Made by a program: the position numbers and the translations under genes. This document shows positions 28,620-46,005 of a stretch of 64,000 nt of DNA, piece after piece. Source of the stretch: the human T2T-CHM13v2.0 reference genome, Homo sapiens; NCBI RefSeq assembly GCF_009914755.1, contig NC_060943.1; one strand, given 5' to 3'. Each line of letters opens with the position of its first letter. Within the stretch, counting starts at the first letter, position 1. A model generated the notes under the pieces. It was given only the letters and a program-made list of their open reading frames with translations, was not told the DNA's origin and ran no database searches.

Positions 28620-29204
28620 TGAGAGGGGGTTTCTCCATGTTGGTCAGGCTGGTCTCGAACTCCTGACCTCAGGTGATCTGCCCGCCTTGGCCTCCCAAAG
28701 TGCTGGGATTACAGGGGTGAATCACCGCGCCTGGCCTTTTTTTTTTTTTTTGTACCCAATAAACAGCATTGTTGTCGAATGAATACTGGACTTGGAGCTA
28801 CAGCAAGTCCTGGACCGTGACTCTTATGGGGGGAAATTCGGATTTTTGGTTTTACTAAGCCGTGTGTGGGGAGGTGTCCGGCGTCCTCCTCCTGGGACGG
28901 GATTCGAACCCGCTATCCGACGGGCCCGCCCACAGGGTCTCCCCGGGTCCCCGCTTCGGGCCGGCGAGTGGGGGAAGGGGTCGGCCGAGGGCAACCGAGG
29001 ACGTGCGTGCGTACGTTCGTGCGTGCGTGGATTCGGGCGGGCGGGCGAGTCCACGGGGCGGGGCGCCGAGGGGGTGGCGCGCGCGGGTCGGCCCGCTGGG
29101 CGGCGGGCACGCGCCGGCGTCTTCGCTCCGGGCTCCCCTAGCGCGCGGGGCGAGTGGTTCCGCCCGGCCCCCGGCTCATTGTGCTCGCTTCACGCCGGCC
29201 CAAG

Positions 29205-29237
29205 ATGGCGGAGGCGCTGGAGGCCCCGGGCCTGTGA
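29205..29237 (+). other. uORF1 in the probable DOT1L 5' leader (MAEALEAPGL*)
   Basis: aagATGG strong Kozak context, 10 codons then TGA. Translation not demonstrated. Confidence 0.55.
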
Positions 29238-29276
29238 CTACAAAGAGGGAGTCGGGGGCCGGGCCGGACCGGAGCG

Positions 29277-29297
29277 CGGCGGCGGCGGCGGCGGCGG
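29277..29297 (+). repeat. (CGG)7 trinucleotide repeat in the DOT1L 5' leader
   Basis: Seven uninterrupted CGG units. Confidence 0.9.
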
Positions 29298-29402
29298 CCG
29301 AGGCCGAGGCCAGGCCCCCTCCCCTCAGCCTCCCGCCCCTCCCTCCCGCCCGCCCTCCTCCGCCCACCGGCGGCCCCGCCCCTCCCCCAACCGCCCGCCT
29401 AG

Positions 29403-29894
<492 letters not shown>

Positions 29895-30953
29895 TGAGGG
29901 CATCCTTTCCTGTCTCCTCTTCTCTTCTTTTTAAAAATTGGGCGTTTGTCACGCTTTTCCTACTCGGGCACGGCGGGCCCGACCCTGCGAAGGTGGGAGT
30001 TAACGTCCCCTTGAGTGGGCGGGAGCGGTCTGACCTTTGGAAATGGGGAATTTTTGTCCCCGTAATTTTGAGTGGGTATGGGCTGCCCTGGCCCTGGGAA
30101 ATTAGGCATCTTTGACCTGTTAATCCTAGTTGGTTGGGGACAGGCTTTATTTATCCTTGGAAATTGGGACTTCTCCCCGATCTTGAGTGGGCAGGATTGG
30201 GCTCACCCCCGGAGTTAGTAAATTTTGTCTTCTTCATCTTGGTGACCGTTGGAAAATGACAGGCCGGGTGGAATGTTACAGAGGCACCCCACCGGGTGGT
30301 TCCAGAAACCCGCGTGCGGCTCCCGGGGTGCGAGTCCCGGCGTGGCCCCTGAGGAGGCGGGGCGCGTGCGTCCGCGCTTGGGACCCTCTGGCCACGCTCC
30401 GGGCTGGGCAGGGCGCGTTTTCGGGGAAAAGTGAAGCAGGCGCTGTCAGCGAGCGTGTCCGGGGCGCGAGTTTTGGGGGGCGCGTCTGCAGGGCCCGGCC
30501 GGGCATCCCCGCGCGCCCTGGGACTCCCGCGCGCGCGCTGGGCTTGTGTCAGTTTTTGGAAACGTGCTCGCTGGGGGCGGGGTCAGGACGCGGAGAGCGC
30601 TGGGGAGCCCGGGCTGGCTCACTGCCCCGGGTCGGTGCGAGTGGATGGGAGAGGGAGCGCAGCTTCCAGCCTGGCCGCACGTCCCGCGCGCGGGGCTGGC
30701 GGGGTAGGGCCCTGGGGCTCTGGCTTCTCTGGTTGGGCAGCTCCGGGTGTGCGCCTGGGCGGCCTGAGCCGGGATCCCGCCAGGAGAGGTCCTAGGACAA
30801 AAACTGAAAGCAGAGGCCGCGCTTCAGCGCCCCGACCGGTTTCCTCCCTCGAAAGTTCAAACTCCAGAACCCTTCCAGCCTCCACTTCTCTCTGTTGGGC
30901 TCTCATCGTTTTAGGTGGTAGAAGGCATATGACCATAAGAGTTCTAACTGTAA

Positions 30954-31958
<1,005 letters not shown>

Positions 31959-32953
31959 CACATTTATTCGTATATCTTCCTCTTTCAGTTCACCTAGGGC
32001 GTAGTTCGCTGGTTGCAGGGTACAGTTCTATACGTTTTGACAAACTCATTGGGTGGTGCCCTGACCAGTGCTGCCGTCCAGGTGCAGAACCCCCAGCTTC
32101 CCTGCGGCGCCCCCATCCTCAGCTTGCCTGGGAGCTCCTGGCTGCTCCCCACCTGGCCTTACCTGTAGTTCTGCCATTCTCAGAAAGTTGGCTGAATGGA
32201 ATCAACAGCATGTTGCCCTTTGGTCCTGGTGGCTTTCAGGCGGCCAAATCCGTGTTGCTGCAGGTTTCAAAAGTTACCCCATTTTTTTGCTGACTGTAAA
32301 TCCATTGGACAGTTGGGCCACAGATTGTTGACGTGTTTGCCTGTGGGTCACAGGACTGTGGGCTGTTTCCAATTTTTGGTGATTAGAATAAACCCGCACT
32401 AAACACCACTGGCGGGATTTTTGGTGAAAGTCAGTGTTCGCGTGGCGAGGTTCTCAGGGGTGGACCGCACGGCCTGTGCTAAGCGTCTGTTTAACATCTG
32501 CATCCCAACAGTTGCCACTTGTCAGTGCTAAGAAACCCACTGGAACCCAGCGTCGGGGCCTGGGGTAGTGGTCTTGCCAGGGACCCTTTGCCTTTTCCTT
32601 GGTACTGAAGTGAACATTCACGTGAAGGCAGCCCTGGTGTCCCCGCCCGCATGCCTGCTGCCCTGCCTGGCCAGTGCTCCATTGTAAATAGTAAGGGCGA
32701 GAGCTGGCGGGAGCGGGCTTTCTAGTGGTGGGCGGGACTGTGCCGTGTCTTTCCCTCCCTGGCCAGGCCCTGGCTTGGCAGGGTGTGCTGGTCCTGGCGC
32801 CGTCTACGGCCTCTTCCTGCTCTGGTTGGCCCACTGCCGGGCCCAGCATCTTCATTCGCCCAAGTGCCAGAGGCAGCCTTCTGACAACCTCGCCGTGACA
32901 TTTGTCATTTTCTGTGTTCCCGTTGAGGAATTTTGCTTTCTCACAAGAAGTGA

Positions 32954-33160
<207 letters not shown>

Positions 33161-34739
33161 TAGTAGAGACAGGGTTTCACCATATTGGCCAGGCTGGTCT
33201 CAAACTCCTGACCTCAGGTGATCCGTCCACCTCGGCCTCCCAGAGTGCTGGGATGACAGGCGTGAACCACCGTGCCCAGACGCAGCTGCAGCAGCACATT
33301 TATTCATGATTCATTCCAACAGCAGCTACTGAATACTCAGTGTTGTGGGGGCACAGAGGACAACAAGCCAATATTCTCCCCCCGCCACCGCCCCAGCATT
33401 CTTAGTCTCAAGAAACCTGTCAAATGAAGACAGGCCGGGCACAGGGGCTCATGCCTGTAGTCCCTGCACTTTGGGAAGCCCAGGCGGGAGGATTGCTTGA
33501 GCCCAGGAGTTTGAGACAAGCCAGGGCAACATAGGGAGACTCCATCTCTACCAAAAAATTTAAAACAGTGAAGTTAAGTAGATTATAAATAGAAGTTCAG
33601 CAGAGATACTGTGCTGAGTACAAGGTCAGCTGAGGTCCCCAGGGAGGGGCTGCCACTTCTGCCCTGGGGGACCTGTGGGTGGCTGCTTGGAGGAGGGGCC
33701 ATCCGGAGGAGGAAGCAGAAATAGCCACAACTGTCCACGCTCGGAAATGAGCAGTTCGGAAGGGGTTTGCCCAATTGGCAAACGCAAGGGGGAGGAAGGG
33801 AGATTTTTATTCTTACATGACCTGGGAGTTCCTGGATAACCGCTTTTCTCAAGCCCCGCATGGCATTTCTTATTTTTTTGAGAGGGAATCTCGTACTGTT
33901 GCCTGGGCTGGAGTACAACGGTGTGATCTCGGTTCACTGCAACATCTGCCTCCTGGGTTCAAGTGATTCTCCTGTCTCAGCCTCCCCAGTAGGTGGGACT
34001 ACAGGCACCCGCCACCACGCCCAGCTAATTTTTTGTATTTTTAGTAGCGACAGGTTTTCACTATGTTGGCCAGGCTGGTCTCGAACTCCTGACCTTGTCA
34101 TCTACCTGCCTGGGCCTCCCAGAGTGCTAGGATTACAGGCATGAGCCACCGTGCCTGGCCCTGCGTGGTATTTCTAGGGCAGGATGGCCCTGCCCTTCTT
34201 CTAGTGGGAAGGGCACAAGTGGCATTATTGGTTGTTTGCTCGGAAAGAACCTTCAAAGGCCACAGAACGGGACCTTCCCCCTGGTGACTCACAGGCTGTG
34301 GGCGGGCAGGGGCGGCCTCCACTGGCCAAGGGTCCGGACTCTCTGACTCTCATTAATGAGTGAGTACATGTTCCGCCTGACAGCCTGGCCTGGAGCCCGG
34401 CTGTGGGCGGCGGTGAGTGGGCAGCCAGCAGTGAGTAGCAGCCGGGGCGGGGTGAGCTGTCCCCACCGTGACTCAGAAGGTATTTTCTGCTGCTGACCTC
34501 TGAGCTTGAGTGTCCTGAGTAATCCCAGCTCCCCCGGAGGCAGATTAACCTTTAGGCAGCTTTGTGTGAGTAAAGGAGTCGCTTTAAATAGGAAGGAATA
34601 ATAGAAAAAACCCAAGTGTTCCGTTTTATAGCAAATGCACACTGCTTTGTTCCTGCTGGCCTGAAAGAGGTTGCAGGGGGTACTGGGGCGGGGAATTGTC
34701 CAGAAACTCTGCAGATGATACAGGGACACTCCAGCCTAG

Positions 34740-35068
<329 letters not shown>

Positions 35069-35659
35069 TGAATCTACAATTATCTTAAAATAAAAAGTTT
35101 AATTAAAAAAAACACACGGTTGCCCAGGCACGGTGGCTCATGCCTGTAATCCCGGCACTTTGGGAGGCCAAGGCGGGCAGATCACCTGCGGTCAGGAGTT
35201 CGAGACCAGCTTGGCCAACATGACGAAACCCCGTATTTACCAAAAATACAAAAATTAGCTGGGCGTGGTGGCGGTTGCCTATAATCCGGAGAATTGCTTG
35301 AACCCGAGAGGGGGAGGCTGCAGTGAGCTGAGATCATGCCATTACACTCCAGACTGGGCGACAGAGTGAGACTCTGTCTCAAACAAACAGACAAAATTAG
35401 ATAAAGGAAAAAAGAATTTTTGTTCAAGTAATATTGGCCATTGATGGCTGCAAATCACTCTTGGTGTTACAGATTCCAGGAACAGGAAGATAGTGTCCGA
35501 GACCAGGATGCAGGAACAGATAGATGCCTTTCCACGCTTGCCCCTGGTGTGGTTGGGAGGCGTGACTGAAATCCTTGCTCTTGTCTCTCTGGACCTGATG
35601 CATTTTGCATGCCTCACTGGGCACGGACTGCTTGGAGCTGTTTTTATCTTCCAGCAGTG

Positions 35660-36200
35660 TGAGGTGTAGGAAGGACCCAACACGGTTCCTCCTGTGCTCT
35701 CCGCAGTCAACACAGAGGAGTTGCGGAACCAGATACGGGTACCCGGGGATTCATCAGTTCTGTGTTTCCTACTGGGCAGCCCCGATTCAACTCACTTCCA
35801 GCATGTCTACCTCGACACAGGCTCAGATCCCACGGGGTAAGGGCTCAGTCCCCAAGACTCCCCCACTTTCCATGCCAGTTAGAGGCCTCACGTTGTGACC
35901 TGTGCTTCTGAGTGACCGGTCGGCTGTAAATCCAGGTTCCCGTCACCCTTACCTCGGCTTGATTACATTGCCTCAGTGGCTCACAGAACTCCCGAGAAAC
36001 ACTTAGGTCCTTTGGTTAATGATAAAGGACGATCTGTGGGATGCCCATGAATACTGAGAAATGGATCCTCAGGGCAAGGCATGGGGGAAGGGCCCACTCC
36101 CTCCAGGAGTCTCCCGGAACGTGTGTCTCCCGGGACCTGTCCCCCTCCAGGAGTCTCCTGGAACCTGTCCCCCTCCAAGAGTCTCCCAGAACCTGTCCTT
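35660..36200. mobile_element. MER21-like LTR fragment with an internal 28-bp tandem repeat (about 36100-36200)
   Basis: cagatcccac...agggctcagtccc...aagact and tggctcacagaactc motifs. A second MER21-like piece lies at about 52460-52770. Confidence 0.6.
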
Positions 36201-37344
36201 TAGAGTGTTGTTTCTCTCATTATTTTTGGGATAGGGTCTTGCTTTGTCACCCAGGCTGGAGTGCAGTGGCTCGATATCTGCTGACTGCATTCTCCGCCTC
36301 CCAGGCTGAAAGGATTCTCTTCCTTCAGCCTCCTGAGTAGCTGGGATTACAGGCATGAGCCACCACGCCTGGCTAAATTTTGTATTTTTTGGTGGGGCCT
36401 TGCTGTGTTGCCCCAGGCTAGTGGTAACTTTGATAAGCTTTGGGCCTCAGCCTCAGGCTGTGTGGTGGGGTCTAAGGTACAGCAGGGGCCCCAGAGGAGT
36501 CCTCCAGGGGAAGGACTGCGAGAATGCTGTGGCACTGGCAGAGCCTTTTACCTGGAGGATCCCTGCATTGAGCCCTTCTGGTCCCGAATTGTACTGAGCC
36601 CTCTTCTTCCTGCCTGTAGGCTGAAAGAATGAATTCCTGGCCCTGGAAGGTTCAAACAGCAGTTCTCAGGGGTGGAGGTGGCTCTGCCCCCAGGGGACAC
36701 CTGGTGGCGTCTAGAGACCTTTGCGGTTGTCACCACCGGGGTGGGGGAAGCCCAAGGATGCTGCTCATCACTCACAGAGCTTGGGGCAGCCCCACCACCG
36801 AGGGCGGGCCAGGAGACGCCAAGAGCTGTGCCTTTCATCGCCTGGGGTCCCGGGCACCGACCGCCGCCGGGTGTCGCTCCGTGTTCGTGTACATGCCTTC
36901 TCCTGGGGGTAGCCCTGCTTTTATTTCCTGAGTGCTTCCTGGGACCATGCATGTCCGGCAGGCCCTGGCCAAGATCCAGGCTTGCTGCGTGCAGTCCCCG
37001 CCCACTGTGTCCCCCTGAGGGAAGGACCTGAGGTGAAGTTAGCGTAATGGGAGTGTATTTGGGCCTCGTTTGCGGGCTGCAGCTCTGGAGACACAGATTC
37101 AAGTGCCCAGAATGTATGCGCGGCAGTTACAAGTGGGGCTTCCTGGAGAAAAGAAGGGGCGGCTTTTGCATTGGAATCACAGAAGTGATTGCCCGGCTCC
37201 ACGTCCTTCCTGGTATCTCAGACTCCAGGGACGTGAAGATAACAGATGGTCACATTGTGCAAATAGTGATAACCTTGTAGGTAATTCATCAGCTAGTGTG
37301 GAAACCCCAGGGGAGGAAAGAAGGCCCTGGGAGGGAGTGACTGA

Positions 37345-37641
<297 letters not shown>

Positions 37642-38407
37642 TAGCCAGGATGGTCTCGATCTCCTGACCTCATGATCCACCCGCCTTGGGCTCCCAAAGT
37701 GCTGGGATCACAGGTGTGAGCCACCGTGCCCGGCCAGCCACTTTTCTTTCTTTCTTTTTTTTTTTTTGAAGACAGAGTCTCACTCTTTTTACTCAGGCTG
37801 GAGTGCAGTGGCGCCATCTCGGCTTACTGAAACCTCCGCCTCCTGGGTTCAAGCCATTCTCCTGCCTCAGCCTCCCGAGTAGCTGGGATTACAGATGTGT
37901 GCCACCAGGCCCAGCTAGTTTTTGTATTTTTAGTGGAGACGGGGTTTCACCATGTTAATCAGGCTGGTCTCAAACTCCTGACCTCGTGGTCTGCCTGCCC
38001 TGCCTCCCAAAGTGCTGGGATTACAGGCGTGAGCCACTGCGCCTGGCAATATTTTTCCTCTTTTTTTTGAAATAACATCCTTGTTGTGACAGTTCACGTA
38101 TCATAAAGTTCACCTGTTTTAGGCTGGACGTGAGAATGGCATGAACCCAGGAGGCGGAGCTTGCAGTGAGCTGAGATCGTGCCACTGCACTCCAGCCTGG
38201 GCAACTGCGCGAGACTCCATCTCAAAAAAAAAAAAAAAGTTCACCCGTTTTAAGTGTACATTTCAGTGTGTTTTAGTATATTCACAGATTGTGCAGTCGT
38301 CACCATTGTCTAATTCCAGAACGTTCTCATCACCCCAAAAGGAAACGCTGCCGCCTCAGCAGTCAGTGCTGGTCTCCCCTAGCGTCCTGGAGCGTTTTTC
38401 CCTGCAT

Positions 38408-38510
38408 GGAGGCCCACGAGTCCCGCGCTTTCCTCCTTCCCTGTCACGCTGTGGCTTTAGGAGGCCCACGAGTCCCGCGCTTTCCTCCTTCCCTGTCACG
38501 CTGTGGCTTT
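38408..38510. repeat. Tandem duplication, 2 x 52 bp
   Basis: gaggcccacgagtcccgcgctttcctccttccctgtcacgctgtggcttt at 38409 and 38461, identical. Confidence 0.93.
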
Positions 38511-39858
38511 GGCCTCAGGCTAGAGGGTCGGTGTCTGTCAGCCTGTGCTCAGACGAGGGCGAGGAGAGTTCTGGTCAGCGCGTCCAGCCTCCCTCCTGTG
38601 TTGCTTTGCTGCTGGAAAAAGAGGGTCCTGATGCAGACCCCAAGAGAGGAGAGAACTCGAGGTGAGCCGCGGATCACAGTGAGAGCAGCCACCAAGCCGC
38701 TTCCTTACACAGCGGGCCTCCCTGACAGAGCAGGGCGTCCTCGGGGAGCAGGCAGAGGGTGCCTGCTCTTCCTTAGCGCCTCCGTCTGTGAGAAACGGCC
38801 AGGGTTGCGAGTAAACCTGGAACGTGCAGACACTCACTGGAGGCCAGCCGGGTGGTGCCATCCGACCACCCTTCAAGCCCAGCCTGCTCACCGGCCCTCT
38901 CAGTACAGCGGGCACGGGTTCTGCGGGCTGCCCGGAAGACCTCCCCCAGACCCATAGATGCTCTGTGTCCTTGGTGGGCAGCTCATAAGTGTGAACCTTC
39001 CCGGTACCTTGCGAGTGCCTCACTACGCACTTCAAGACGGGGTCGCTCCGGTTGTGTTTTATGAAACCAGAGGCCTGGTGAGCTGAGCTTCCTCTCACAG
39101 CTTCACAGCAGCCTGTGTGGGTGGCCTCAGCCCTCCTGAGCCCCTCCAGTGTCGAGTTGCTTTGACTGTTTCCAGGGAACTCCTTTGGTTGTTGCGTAGC
39201 TTGGGCTGTTTGTTTGTTTGTTTGAGACAAACTCTGTCACCCGGGCTGGAGTATTGGAGTTTAGTGGCGTGATCATAACAGTGCAACCTTGAACTCCTGG
39301 CTCAAGCGATCCTTCCACCTCAGCCTCCTAAAGTGCTAGCACTACAGGCGTGCACAGCTGTGCCCAGCCAGCTGGGGCTGTTGCACATGGGCTAGTTATT
39401 ATCAAGTCAGCTGAAGCCTTGTCAGCCATCCTTGGTCTGAGCTCTCCCTGGCTCTCGGGCAGCACCGTCTTCCTCCTGTGGAGGTCTGAGTCCCCTTTTC
39501 ACACTGCCCTTGATCCTACAGACAGATGCTCAGCCAGGAAGCAACATGCTCTGATGTCCAGGCCCAGCTCTGCTGTGAAGTAGCTGCATGGACTTGGGCC
39601 AGGGCCTGTGTGGACCTTGGGTTGAGGGTCAAGTCTAAAAATGCTCTGTCAGGTTGGGCACAGTGGCTCACATCTGTAATCCCAGGACTTGGGGAGGCCG
39701 AGGCGGGCAGATCACCTGAGGTTGGGAGTTTGAAACCAGCCTGACCAACGTGGAGAAACCCCGTCTCTGTTAAAAATACAAAATTAGCTGGGTGTGGTGG
39801 CGCACGCCTGTAATCCCAGCTACTTGGGAGGCTGAGGCAGGAGAATCGCAAAAGCTAA

Positions 39859-40029
<171 letters not shown>

Positions 40030-40200
40030 TAGTTAAAAAAAAAAAAAAGCAAAAACTTTTTTTGAAGAGATGAGGGTCTCAATATGTTGTCCAGGCTGAT
40101 CTCAAACTCCTAGCTTCAAGCAGTCCTCCCGCCTCAACCTCCCAGAGTGCTGGGATTACAGGCATAAGCCATTATGTCTGATCTCTTTTTAAGTTTTTAA

Positions 40201-40452
<252 letters not shown>

Positions 40453-40767
40453 TAGCCAGGATGGTCTCGATCTCTTGACCTCATGATCCTGCCCGCCTTG
40501 GCCTCCCAAAGTGCTTGGGGATTACAGGCGTGAGCCATGGCGCCTGGCCGATATTTTGTATCTTTTTAAGAGTTGAGGTCTTGCTATGTTGCCCAGGTTA
40601 GAGTGCAGTGACGATCATGATTCACTGTGGCCTCAAACTCCTGGGCTCCAGTGATCCTCCTGCCTCAGCCTCCTAAGTTGCTGGGACCCCAGGCATGGGC
40701 CACTGCATCTGGCCAAGGAGATAAATTTTCATAACTTATTTAACCAAGTATAACTGGAATATTATCA

Positions 40768-40929
<162 letters not shown>

Positions 40930-42423
40930 TTAGCCAGGCGTGGTGGCTGACGCCTATAATCCCAGCTACTCAGGAGGCTGAGACGGGAAAATCGCTTGAA
41001 CCCAGGAAGTGGAGGTTGCAGTGAGCCGAGACTGCGCCATTGAACCTGGGAGGTAGAGGTTGCAGTGAGCCGAGACCACACCACTGCACTCCAGCCTCGG
41101 CAACGAGCAAAACTCCGTCTCAAAAAAAGAAAGGAACTCCCACACGAGCTGGAAGCCAGCACTGGGCTCTTCCGCACAGAGGCTCCCACCCATAGACCAG
41201 GAGTACGAACCCAACCGTGCTGCTCTAGACATGGGCCCTGGGATGATCACCCAACCTCTGTGTCCCGGCTCTGCCTGTCCCCTGGGCTCTCCAGGAACAG
41301 GTCTGTGCTGGAAACGCCTCTTGGCCGAGGCTGCTTTTACTAGACATCCACTCTCAGTTGGGGGTCCTCCAGGCCCTGCACACCCACCCACCATGAGAGG
41401 GAATGTCACCGCTTGGCCTTTGGGATTCAGAAAAACCTGGTGAAGTCTGCACAAAGCCCTGTCCCCCAGCCCTCGGTCCACACAGCATCCCACACCACAA
41501 GGCACCTCTGGACAGGAGGCAGTGCGAGCAAGAGGGGACAGGGGCAGTAACTCGGGGTGCACTGCCTGGTGGGGACACTGTCTCCCTAGCTGTGAATGAC
41601 AGGGAATGAGGCACAAGGACGAAACAGGCGTGGGGCAGAGGGCACGGCTCGCGGGAGTTGCAGAGCGAGTTCACCCTGCTACTGCTTCTGCGGGGCACTC
41701 ATTTTTAGAAGTACACTTACGTGGCCCCCAAAATAATGTCACGCTGCCAAGGAGAGCAGGCAAGGGCAGGTGACACCGCTGTCAATCAGAGCATTTCCAG
41801 CCCTCACACCTGTGAGTCATCTGGCTCCCAGGAACATTCTCTGTTCCAGTAAGGCCTGCGCCTGTGAGAAGCGCTTGGCTGAATCCTAGGAAGGGGGACT
41901 TGGGCCGACAGCCCCCTCCAACCTGCGCAGCCTCAGGACACTCAAACCACAGCTGCAAACACTGCCAGCCAGACATGCAGCTCCCGCGGCCACCACTTTG
42001 AGACAGCGACTCCCTGTGACAAGAAAACTCTGAAACCAGGCGAGGCAGGGCCCTCTGTCAGATGATCACTGGGGAAGACGCTATGGACAGACAGGAACTT
42101 CTGGGACCACAGCAGGCTGGAATTCCAGCTTGAGGAGGGAGAGGGGAACCCTGCCGTGGGCCCTGACAGTGAGCAGGAGGAAAGGGGTCTCACAGAAGCA
42201 GGACCCCGATATGAGGGAGCAGGCCCAGCACCCCTTCCTCCCGCCCCCAGCCCCTATCCAGAGAGCAGGCTGGCCCTCTGGGTCTCGCTTCAGATGCGTA
42301 GAACCCAGTGCTTCCGGCTGCACCCTGCAACATCCCGCAGCAGTCTGTGGGGGTCCGCAGGAAGAAGACTCCCCCGTGAGGGGGAGCTCTGTGGAGCGGC
42401 ACTGTCCTGACGGCAGCCACTAG

Positions 42424-42840
<417 letters not shown>

Positions 42841-43298
42841 TGACCTCATGATCTGCGCCCAGCTCGTGTTGAAGTTCTTTAGCCACCTTTGAGCAAGGGA
42901 CCCTATTTTCACTTTGTCCGGGGCCTGCAAGTTCTGCCTGCTCCCTCGCCAACCCTCGCCAGCCCTGCTCTCCGCTCTGCCCAGCCCCGGCTCTTGCCTC
43001 CTCCTATTTCTTTTTCCTTTTTTTTTTTGAGCTGGAATCTCACTCTGCTGCCCAGATTGGAGTGCAGTGGTGCGACCTTGGCTCACTGCAAGCTCTGCTT
43101 CCTGGGTTCAAGAGATTCTCCTGCCTCAGCCACTGAGTATCTTGGATTACAGGTGTGTGCCACCACACCTAGCAATTTTTTTTTTTTTTGAGATGGATTC
43201 TCACTCTGTATCCCAGGCTGGAGTGCAGTGGTGCAGTCTCAGCTCACTGCAACCTCTGCCTCCTGAGTTCAAGTGAATCTCCTGGCTCAGCCTCCTGA

Positions 43299-43574
<276 letters not shown>

Positions 43575-43577
43575 TGA

Positions 43578-43829
<252 letters not shown>

Positions 43830-44578
43830 TAACTTTTTGTATTTTTTAGTAGAGATGGGGTTTCATTGTGTTAGCCAGGATGGTCTTGATCTCCTGACCT
43901 TGTGATCCACCCGCCTCAGCTGGCCTCCCAGAGTGCTGGGATTACAGGTGTGAGCTACCGCGCCCGGCCACGCCCAGCTAATTTTTTCTATTTTTAGTAG
44001 AGACGGGGTTTCACCTTGTTAGCCAGGATGGTCTCTATCTCCTGACCTCGTGATCCACCTGCCTCAGCTTCCCAAAGCGCTGGGATTCCAGGTGTGAGCC
44101 ACCACGCCAACCCCTAAAGTGGTTTTAGACTTAGAAGAAAGTTGCAAAGCACCGCACAGACTTTCTATGTGGCTTTATTTCATCACAGTACCCTGATCCG
44201 AACCAGGAGGTGGACGGAGCTGTGGCCTCAGTGGCATATACGTCCCATCCCATCATTGCCATGAGCCCTTGTGTCTCCTGTCTCCCCTATCTAGGCTGAT
44301 CCCTCAGTGCATAAGGAAAGCTGGGGGGGGGTCTCCTATGGTCTGGCCTTTGGAGGAGAGCCAGCTGGGGTCTCTGTGTGGCACCCCTCAGTCAGGCTTG
44401 GCTGCTTCTCTCAGGGTTATACTGAGGTTCTGCATCCTGGCAGGAGCCCCACAGATGGGGTTGCGTCCCGCTGGGCCTTGGGAGGCTCGTGGCGGCTGCG
44501 TGTCTCACTGTGATGACGCTGGCCTTGTGTTTCGTCAGGTGGTGTCCACAGGTGCCCTGCTGGTTGCTTTTTCTCTGC

Positions 44579-44648
44579 CCTGGGAGAGGCTCGCTGAGGC
44601 TGCACGGCTGCCTGGGAGAGGCTCGCTGAGGCTGCACGGCTGCCTGGG
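44579..44648. repeat. Tandem repeat, about 2.2 x 32 bp
   Basis: cctgggagaggctcgctgaggctgcacggctg at 44579 and 44611. Confidence 0.9.
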
Positions 44649-44725
44649 CGGCCTCTGACGCGCCCTGTGGACTGCAGCATCCAGGGGATCGCGTCTGCAA
44701 CTCTTATTGCTTTGGCGTTTACCTA

Positions 44726-45106
<381 letters not shown>

Positions 45107-45961
45107 TCAAGTGATTCGCTCCCTGCACCCAGCCTGTTGTGGGTTTATATCAGCACAGTAGCACGCAGACGCGACGAAAGTGCACGTGTCCTGGTGGCGT
45201 GCACTTGGTCTCTGATTCTCGGTGATGGGTGTGGAGTCGGAGAGGCTTGGGTGGCCCTGCTGGGTGTGAACCTGCCTTTGACATTGGCCTTGTAGAGGGA
45301 GCGAAGGGCAGGGTGCTGGACGGGGAGGGATCTGTGTTAGGCCAAGGACCTTGGTTTTAGTTGTGGCAGGTTCTGGGCTATGGCGAGGCCGCCCACGTGG
45401 GCTAGCCCAGTGGTTTTTTTCCCATGGTACAGTTGGGGAAACAGGCCCCGTGGAGGCTCTATCACCTGCGGTCACATACCAGGCCTTTGCCAACGCAGGA
45501 CTCCCAGCCAGGCTGGAGCTCCCTGGCTGGAGCAGCGTCGGGAGAATTCCCGGTGGGCCTGCGGAGCGCGGTCTGAGGGACTTGGGCTGTGTTGAGGGAT
45601 CAACTGACCTCCAGGGAAAAAATGGGGAGACATGTGGAGCGGAGCTTGGGGCGGCCGTTTGCTTTAGGGTGGGAGAGGAGCAGGACCGGGGGCCATAGAC
45701 TCCATCCCAGGCCGCTGCCTGCTCGCTGCCTGTAGTAGGACACAGCGTGCCAGAATAGGTCCCCGGCAAGGTCTGTGTTCCCTTCGTGGTCCAGGGTCTG
45801 GGAGTGTCTCTGGTGGTACCCGCTGGGTGGTGGGCTTGGGAGCTGCACCAGTTGGGAAATGAAGAGATGGGAAGTTGACGGCATCGCTTGTCCGGGAAGA
45901 GAGCGATGGGCTCACGGGGTGGAGGATGGCTCTGCGTCTCAAACTTCTCTCTCTGTTTCAG

Positions 45962-46005
45962 GATAAACATCACGATGCTGCTCATGAAATCATCGAGACC
46001 ATCCG
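45962..46005 (+). CDS. DOT1L: DOT1L exon 2 (DKHHDAAHEIIETI+)
   Basis: Acceptor ctctgtttcag|GAT and donor CCG|gtgagt. 44 nt. Confidence 0.96.

Noticed and set aside
28860-28930. Possible tRNA gene around the B-box
   Set aside because: No matching A-box, cloverleaf or Pol III terminator could be seen.
34349-34360. 12-bp palindrome CTCATTAATGAG
   Set aside because: Palindromes of this length occur by chance in 64 kb, and there is no supporting context.
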